A stretch of 64,000 bases of DNA. Source: Clostridiaceae bacterium. Lineage in GTDB: Bacteria; Bacillota; Clostridia; Acetivibrionales; DULL01. The notes beneath the pieces are model-generated. The model was not told the origin of the DNA. It saw only the letters and a program-made list of their open reading frames with translations, and did no database searches. The position numbers and the translations under genes were made by a program. Shown here one piece after another: positions 57,811 to 64,000 of the stretch (position 1 is its first letter; every line of letters begins with the position of its first letter). Location of the stretch: assembly GCA_012840395.1 (NCBI GenBank), contig DULL01000036.1, positions 5,832-69,831 of the forward strand, written 5' to 3'.

Positions 57811-59058
57811 TTATTTTGCAGCAAGAACCTTTTTTAATTTAGCAAATCTTGGTAGGCCATCTTCAAGGGGAACCTTTGATTCGCCTTGAATTAAAGGAAG
57901 AGCATAGCGTACGAAGTCTTCAGTTAGTCCGGTGCCATTCTTATCAATCCATTCAAGAGGAACTTTTCTTTCAGTATTTGCTACTTCCACTAAGTCAACT
58001 AATTTGATATTGCATTTATAATTAGGACCTTGTGCCCTTTCAAAAGCTACCATCTTGTCTGTAACACCATTAACAGCATTTTGGACTGCAGCCTGGCCGG
58101 CCATGTAAGCTTCATTTACATCAGTAAGGGAAGCCAGGTGGGCTGCACATCTTTGCAGAAGGCTAAATTCAATAGGACGTACCTTAGCACCTGTTTTTTC
58201 CTTGACTATATTTGCCAATGTATATGCAAGACCACCTAATTGGGCATGTCCGAATGAGTCTTTACTCTTGGCGATGTCTGAACCGTATTCTGAAATATAA
58301 ACTCCATTTTTATCTTTTATACCCTCGGAAACTGCAACGATTACATTATTATTTTTTTCATATATTGAAATGGTTTCCTGGAGAAACTTATCCATGTCAA
58401 AAGGAAGTTCAGGCAGATATATCAGGTCAGGTCCGTTCCCCTTATATGCTGCTAATGCAGAAGCGGCAGTTAACCAGCCTGCATTTCTACCCATTATTTC
58501 AATTATTGTAATCATGCCCTTATCATAAACTCTTGCATCATGATAAACTTCCATTATGGAAGTAGCAACATATTTTGCAGCACTTCCGTATCCAGGGCAA
58601 TGGTCTGTTCCCCAGAGATCGTTATCAATTGTCTTTGGGACACCTATAACTCTACATTCATACCCGGCTTTCTGCATATATTTACTTATTTTATTACAGG
58701 TATCCATAGAATCGTTTCCGCCGTTGTAGAAGAAATACCTGATGTTGTATTTTTTAAATACTTCCAGAATTCTTTTGTAATCACTATCGTCCTTTTCAAC
58801 ATCTTTCAATTTATAACGTACAGAACCTAGTGCGGAAGATGGTGTGGTCTTGAGGAGTTCCAACTCGTATGGATCTTCTTTTCCGATATCATAAAATACT
58901 TCATTAAGTATGCCCTTTATACCGTGAGCAGCACCGTATACAGCAGTAATGTTACTCTGTTTTAGTGCTTCCTGAAAAACACCGGCAGCACTTGCATTAA
59001 TAACAGAGGTTGGTCCGCCTGACTGCCCGAATATTGCAGCACCTTTTAAATTACTCAT
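57811..59058 (-). CDS. pfp: Pyrophosphate-dependent phosphofructokinase (diphosphate--fructose-6-phosphate 1-phosphotransferase)
   Basis: 415 aa. GQSGGPTSVINA, and GGNDS (Asp at the position that is Gly in ATP-PFKs). PKTIDND. Confidence 0.85.
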   Translation of the reverse strand: MSNLKGAAIFGQSGGPTSVINASAAGVFQEALKQSNITAVYGAAHGIKGILNEVFYDIGKEDPYELELLKTTPSSALGSVRYKLKDVEKDDSDYKRILEVFKKYNIRYFFYNGGNDSMDTCNKISKYMQKAGYECRVIGVPKTIDNDLWGTDHCPGYGSAAKYVATSIMEVYHDARVYDKGMITIIEIMGRNAGWLTAASALAAYKGNGPDLIYLPELPFDMDKFLQETISIYEKNNNVIVAVSEGIKDKNGVYISEYGSDIAKSKDSFGHAQLGGLAYTLANIVKEKTGAKVRPIEFSLLQRCAAHLASLTDVNEAYMAGQAAVQNAVNGVTDKMVAFERAQGPNYKCNIKLVDLVEVANTERKVPLEWIDKNGTGLTEDFVRYALPLIQGESKVPLEDGLPRFAKLKKVLAAK

Positions 59059-59289
59059 TATCTATACCTCCATTTCAACTATATTAATATGTGTTTAATT
59101 TATATTTTTACAATAATACTAGTTCAAATACTAATGTGTTAAAAAAAACACAATTAAAATTTAATATATCATAATGATTAACAAAAAGCAATTTTATTAT
59201 TACAATATTGTCACGTATAAGTAAACCGTTACATTTATTGTTGTGGAAAATCAAAGAAATATAGCTTATAATCATATTGAGGGTCTTAA

Positions 59290-60603
59290 ATGAAATTATT
59301 AACACCGTATGGTAATAAGATAAATATGAAAAGTATAGTTGAGAGGCTTAAAGGAGAATTTAGATTTAAGAATAAGGGGCAGGCCTTATTCCTTCTGGAT
59401 GGAATTGTTATCAACGCGGCATATATGTTGACAACCGGTGTGATACTATCAGGATATTTACTTAATCTTGAGGCTTCGGATTTTCTCGTTGCCCTTGTAA
59501 ATAATTCAACAAATTATACCTCAATAATGTCCTTATTTTCTTATTTTATATTCGAAAAAGTTTCAAATAAAAAAAGAATGATGCTGTCAATGAATTTTCT
59601 TTCCAGGTTAATGATATTTCTAATTATAGTGGTACCGATGTTGATTAATAATAAAAGCCTGTCTATTGGAATGACTGTATCAATGGTCATTATTTCTGAT
59701 ATTATCTGGGCTATATACAGAGTAGCATGGGTAGTATGGATCATGGACACAACTCCTGACGAATCTATAAGTGAGTATACCTATTTAAGAATGCTGCTGG
59801 CCAGGCTTTTTATGGGAATTGCTTCAATAGTGGGAGGAGTAATTCTGGACTACTATAATAAGGGCATGACTGGCTTTAGAATAGTCTTTACCATTGCTTT
59901 TGTATTATCAGTGACTGATCTGATCATTTTAAGAAAAGTAGAAAGTGTTGATAATAGTTCCAGACAGCTTTCTGCTTCTGTTTCAGAGAACTATTTTCAG
60001 CCGGTTAAGCAAAAGGATTACAGAAATTATCTTTTTTTTATTTTTTTGTTTTATATGGTATATACCATGTCAATCTCATTTGCACCGGTTTATTTAATAA
60101 AATATCTTGATCTTGATTACAAGTTCGTTTCGGCTGCAGGGTTTATTTCAAACTTTTCTTTTATTCTCTCCAACAGGCTATGGGCAAAAATTGAGAGGAA
60201 AAGGGGCATAACTTTTGTTATGGGATTATCTGCTGCCTTTTTTGCCTTTGAATTGCTGCTCCTCGGACTCCTGCGAACAGAAACAAGTTTTATTTATATC
60301 ATTTCATGTATATCCACAGGGGTAGGGTTAGGAGGATTTACCGTAACAACTATGACCTACAGATATAACATAATACCTGTTGGAAGCAGGATAATTTATG
60401 AAGGATGGTTTTATTTCTTTTATGGTATGGGTATGTTGTTAGCTCCATTTGCAGGGGAATTATTTATTCATAATATAGAATTTGTGCAGAATATGAATAT
60501 AGGGTTAAATCAGTTTCAATTATTGTTCTTTTTTGCTTTTGTTATAATGTGGCTGCTGATTTTTATTTCATTTGTAAAGCCTAAAGTTTTCAAGGAGGTT
60601 TAA
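59290..60603 (+). CDS. Polytopic membrane transporter (MFS-like)
   Basis: 437 aa with about 12 hydrophobic segments in a 6+6 arrangement. Family call is by topology only and the start is uncertain. Confidence 0.55.
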   Translation: MKLLTPYGNKINMKSIVERLKGEFRFKNKGQALFLLDGIVINAAYMLTTGVILSGYLLNLEASDFLVALVNNSTNYTSIMSLFSYFIFEKVSNKKRMMLSMNFLSRLMIFLIIVVPMLINNKSLSIGMTVSMVIISDIIWAIYRVAWVVWIMDTTPDESISEYTYLRMLLARLFMGIASIVGGVILDYYNKGMTGFRIVFTIAFVLSVTDLIILRKVESVDNSSRQLSASVSENYFQPVKQKDYRNYLFFIFLFYMVYTMSISFAPVYLIKYLDLDYKFVSAAGFISNFSFILSNRLWAKIERKRGITFVMGLSAAFFAFELLLLGLLRTETSFIYIISCISTGVGLGGFTVTTMTYRYNIIPVGSRIIYEGWFYFFYGMGMLLAPFAGELFIHNIEFVQNMNIGLNQFQLLFFFAFVIMWLLIFISFVKPKVFKEV

Positions 60604-60792
60604 ATATAATTTTAGGTCAAAATTAAATAACCCGGGGTAATGTTCTTCTGCCAAAATAAACCTTGCTTTTATCATATGATTTGATAAAATTAAGATAATG
60701 GTAGCATGTCAAAAACTTAACATGTTAATAATAAAACATAATATTAATATTAAATATTAATATTAAATAACGATATAAAAGGAGCTGATCAC

Positions 60793-61722
60793 ATGCCGTT
60801 AGTTACATCAAAAGAAATGTTTAAAAAAGCATATGAAGGTGGATATGCAATTGGAGCATTTAATGTTAATAACATGGAGATAGTTCAAGGTATTACAGAA
60901 GCCGCAAAAGAAGAGAATGCACCTCTTATTCTGCAAGTTTCTGCCGGAGCAAGAAAGTATGCAAAGCATACATATCTTATGAAATTGGTTGAAGCAGCAA
61001 TTGAAGATACAGGACTTCCAATATGTCTGCACTTAGACCACGGTGAAGATTTTGAAATATGCAAATCCTGTATTGACGGCGGATTTACATCAGTTATGAT
61101 CGACGGTTCAAAATATCCTTTTGAAGAGAATATAAGGCTTACAAAACAGGTTGTTGACTATGCCCACGAGAGAGGCGTTGTTGTTGAAGGTGAATTAGGA
61201 AAATTGGCAGGTATTGAAGATAACATCAATGTATCTGAAAAAGATGCAGCCTTCACAGATCCAGACCAAGTTGAAGAATTTGTTGCAAGAACAGGTGTTG
61301 ATTCCCTGGCAATTGCAATTGGTACAAGCCATGGTGCTTACAAGTTTAAAGGTGAACCAAAGCTGAGATTTGATATTCTTGAGGAAATACAGAGAAGGCT
61401 TCCCGGTTTCCCAATTGTATTACACGGTGCTTCTTCAGTTATACCTGAATTGGTAGATACTATCAATAAATACGGCGGACAAATGCCAGGGGCAAAAGGT
61501 GTTCCGGAAGATATGCTGAGAAAAGCTGCTTCAATGGCGGTTTGTAAGATAAATATCGACTCTGATTTAAGACTTGCTATGACTGCAGCAATCAGAGAAC
61601 ATTTTGCAAACCATCCGGCAGATTTTGACCCAAGGAAGTACCTTGGTCCTGCAAGAGAAAGCATTAAGAAGCTTGTAAAGCATAAACTGAGAAATGTATT
61701 AGGATGCAGCGGTAAAGCATAA
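60793..61722 (+). CDS. fba: Class II fructose-1,6-bisphosphate aldolase
   Basis: 309 aa. GYAIGAFNVNN, LHLDHG and GTSHGAYK motifs. Confidence 0.95.
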   Translation: MPLVTSKEMFKKAYEGGYAIGAFNVNNMEIVQGITEAAKEENAPLILQVSAGARKYAKHTYLMKLVEAAIEDTGLPICLHLDHGEDFEICKSCIDGGFTSVMIDGSKYPFEENIRLTKQVVDYAHERGVVVEGELGKLAGIEDNINVSEKDAAFTDPDQVEEFVARTGVDSLAIAIGTSHGAYKFKGEPKLRFDILEEIQRRLPGFPIVLHGASSVIPELVDTINKYGGQMPGAKGVPEDMLRKAASMAVCKINIDSDLRLAMTAAIREHFANHPADFDPRKYLGPARESIKKLVKHKLRNVLGCSGKA

Positions 61723-61792
61723 TACTAAAGCATAATACTTGGCAGTATATTCGTTCTATACAACCATTCTGATAAAAAAATACCATTTAAAA

Positions 61793-61830
61793 GAAGAAGG
61801 CCTTAAGTCAATATGACAGGCCTTCTTTTT
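61793..61830 (+). terminator. Rho-independent terminator after fba
   Basis: GAAGGCC / GGCCTTC stem with an A/T extension, followed by T5. Confidence 0.65.
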
Positions 61831-61881
61831 CTGTATAATAAAATAGCTAGTAGTCAATAATACTTTTTGAGGTGTTGTTGA

Positions 61882-62877
61882 TTGAAAAAAAGAATAGGGA
61901 TTCCCAGAGGTTTATTTTATTATCAATATTTTCCCTTATGGGATGTTTTTTTTAAAGAGCTTGGGGCGGAAGTCGTTCTTTCAGGAACTACAAATAAAAA
62001 AATTTTTAATGATGGGGTAATGGTTTGCAATGATCAAACCTGTATACCGGTTAAAACTTTTTTCGGACATGTTATGTCACTTATAGATAAAGTGGATTTA
62101 TTATTTATACCAAGGTTTACAAGTATCTCAAAAAATCAATATATCTGCCCTAAATTCGGTGGTTTGCCGGATATGGTGAGAAACACCATAGACGGTTTGC
62201 CTGAAATTATAGATGTAGAAGTAAATTTGAGAAAAACCAAAAAAAATGCTCTTAAGGCAGCAATTTCAGCAGGTAAGTATTTAACCGGCAATCGGAAAGA
62301 AATCACCAGGGCTTTTAGAAAAGCTCTTGACAACTACCGGGATTATAGAAACCAGTTGAAGAAAGGTATTCTTCCAATAGATATTTTGGAGAAAAAGCTG
62401 GTTTTATTAAAAAAGCCTGCGGAGGATTCTAAAAATATAGCAGTAATAGGTCATGTTTACAATCTCTATGATAGCTATATTAATATGAATCTAATTGGCA
62501 AGCTAAGAGAAAACAGAATAAACATAATAACACTTGACATGGTGGAGGGAAAGGATATTCTCGAAAAAGCCCGGACACTGAATAAAGAAATGTTCTGGAA
62601 CTTTGGCAGCAAAGCCATAGGCGGTGTGATGCACTTGTTGGAAGAAGGAGGTCTGGATGGAATAATATATGTCATGAGTTTCGGTTGCGGAGTAGATTCT
62701 TTTGTATGTGACCTTATAGAAAGAAAAGTAAGAAGAAAAGGAAATATTCCTTTCACGGTAATTACCATGGACGAGCATTCAGGAGAGGCAGGAATGAGAA
62801 CCAGGATTGAAGCCTTTATTGATATGGTCAGATGGGCCGACAACAAATTTAAGAATATACCAAAAGTATCTATGTAA
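61882..62877 (+). CDS. Acyl-CoA dehydratase activase-related protein (DUF2229-like)
   Basis: 331 aa with a TTG start. N-terminus RIGIPRGLFYYQYFPLWDVFFKELG and a C-terminal DEHSGEAGMRTRIEAF motif typical of this family. Confidence 0.7.
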   Translation: MKKRIGIPRGLFYYQYFPLWDVFFKELGAEVVLSGTTNKKIFNDGVMVCNDQTCIPVKTFFGHVMSLIDKVDLLFIPRFTSISKNQYICPKFGGLPDMVRNTIDGLPEIIDVEVNLRKTKKNALKAAISAGKYLTGNRKEITRAFRKALDNYRDYRNQLKKGILPIDILEKKLVLLKKPAEDSKNIAVIGHVYNLYDSYINMNLIGKLRENRINIITLDMVEGKDILEKARTLNKEMFWNFGSKAIGGVMHLLEEGGLDGIIYVMSFGCGVDSFVCDLIERKVRRKGNIPFTVITMDEHSGEAGMRTRIEAFIDMVRWADNKFKNIPKVSM

Positions 62878-62891
62878 AAAGGAGACTGTTT

Positions 62892-64000
62892 ATGATAGCT
62901 ACTTTTCCCCATATGGGATATACATACATAACTATAAAGGCACTTCTTGATGACTTGGGTGTGGAATATGTTATACCACCTTTCAATAATAAAAAAGCCC
63001 TTGAGATAGGAACAAAATATTCACCTGAAATGGCGTGCCTGCCATTAAAAATTAATATCGGAAATTATATCCAGGCCTTTGAAAAGGGTGCTGACACCAT
63101 ACTAATGGCAGGAGGATGCGGCCCTTGCAGGTTCGGATATTATTGCGAGATGCAAAGGGAAATACTTCATGACTTAGGGTATGATGTTGATATTATAACT
63201 CTTGAATTACCCAGAAAAAATAAAAGAGAATTTATAGAAAGGATAAAAAAAATTACCGGTGGCTTCAATTTACCCAAAATAGTAAGTGCAGTAAAAAATG
63301 CTACCCAGGTTTCAATAGCTATGGATGAACTTGAACAGCTTTCCTTTAAAATAAGGGCCAGGGAGATTAACAAAGGTGATACAGATAAATTGATAAAGAT
63401 ATTTGAAAAAAAAATTCTTTCGGGTAAAGGTTCCGCACAAATATTGGAAACTATAAAAAATACAAGGAATGGACTTCTTAATATAGATATAGATAGGAAT
63501 TTCCAGCCTTTGAAAGTTGGAATAGTAGGTGAAATATATACGTCAATTGACTCCTTCACAAGCTTCTTTATACAGTCCAGACTTGGAAATATGGGAGTAG
63601 AAGTCCACCGGTCGGTTACACTCAGTGACTGGATAATAGAGCATATAATAAAAAATCTTTTTAGGTTAAAAAGGAATCTGGATTTTGCCAGGGAAGCAAA
63701 GCCATATCTTGGAACAGCAATAGGAGGCCATGCGCAAGAGACTATAGGAAACGCAATTATATACGCCAAAAAAGGTTATGATGGTATTATTCAGACATAC
63801 CCCCTTACCTGTATGCCTGAAATTGTTGCAGAAAGCATCCTGCCTTCAGTAGAAAGAGATTATGATATTCCTGTTTTAACGCTGATTATTGATGAAATGA
63901 CAGGAGAAGCAGGTTATATTACAAGACTGGAGGCTTTTATAGATTTATTAAATAAAAGAAGGGAGAAGGTATATTTTGGCAGAAGAGAATTACTATTTGG
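62892..64000 (+). CDS. Second acyl-CoA dehydratase activase-related (2-hydroxyacyl-CoA-dehydratase-like) protein, 3' end beyond the window
   Basis: Not in the supplied ORF track. ATG 62892 lies 7 nt after GGAG. I translated all 369 codons to the window edge with no stop (MIATFPHMGYTY..GGCGPCRFGYY..DEMTGEAGYITRLEAF..). Confidence 0.75.
   Translation, partial: MIATFPHMGYTYITIKALLDDLGVEYVIPPFNNKKALEIGTKYSPEMACLPLKINIGNYIQAFEKGADTILMAGGCGPCRFGYYCEMQREILHDLGYDVDIITLELPRKNKREFIERIKKITGGFNLPKIVSAVKNATQVSIAMDELEQLSFKIRAREINKGDTDKLIKIFEKKILSGKGSAQILETIKNTRNGLLNIDIDRNFQPLKVGIVGEIYTSIDSFTSFFIQSRLGNMGVEVHRSVTLSDWIIEHIIKNLFRLKRNLDFAREAKPYLGTAIGGHAQETIGNAIIYAKKGYDGIIQTYPLTCMPEIVAESILPSVERDYDIPVLTLIIDEMTGEAGYITRLEAFIDLLNKRREKVYFGRRELLF

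Noticed and set aside
63976-64000. Putative TTG start of an activase ATPase gene (MAEENYYLG..).
   Set aside because: Only 8 codons are visible, which is too little to list as a feature. It is mentioned under findings instead.

Overview
AT-rich, gene-dense segment that reads as core chromosome of a spore-forming, low-GC Clostridia-class Firmicute. The taxon guess rests on SpoIIR, an SLH-domain wall protein, paired ATP- and PPi-dependent phosphofructokinases and a long glutamine-synthetase-like gene, and is inference only. I support about 43 protein genes. They include ddl, argS, pyrG, a glycolytic block (pfkA, gap, a fused pgk-tpiA, gpmI, and further on pfp and fba), motAB, uvrB and uvrA separated by a GS-like gene, a divergent type IIA topoisomerase pair, a solitary long RND permease, a DeoR-linked sugar operon, a ClpE-like ATPase with an ABC-2 exporter, and an acyl-CoA-dehydratase-activase-related cluster at the right edge. 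One ORF in that last cluster is missing from the supplied track. No rRNA, tRNA or CRISPR was seen. The non-obvious signals are mostly non-coding. (1) A ~125-nt conserved, structured element occurs three times (27092, 31757, 43665). Each copy carries a Shine-Dalgarno plus AUG-UAA start-stop and mutually exclusive pairings. (2) Three Cheo/LexA-type boxes overlap good promoters in front of uvrA, the divergent topoisomerase operon and a Y1(HUH)-transposase-like gene. Two of these leaders contain the 125-nt element. (3) The Y1 transposase-like gene carries a DnaA-domain-IV-like C-terminus and is bracketed by TTAGGGACATTCC repeats, a REPtron-like layout. (4) A dnaX-type A_AAA_AAG heptamer sits in phase exactly at the PGK/TIM fusion junction. 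(5) GAPDH ends in a GCGCGCC tail. (6) The RND pump carries a ~225-aa coiled-coil insertion. (7) A ~210-nt imperfect palindrome follows argS. (8) Many intergenic regions carry short AT-rich tandem arrays. All functional readings are by-eye motif recognition. No database search or folding computation was possible.
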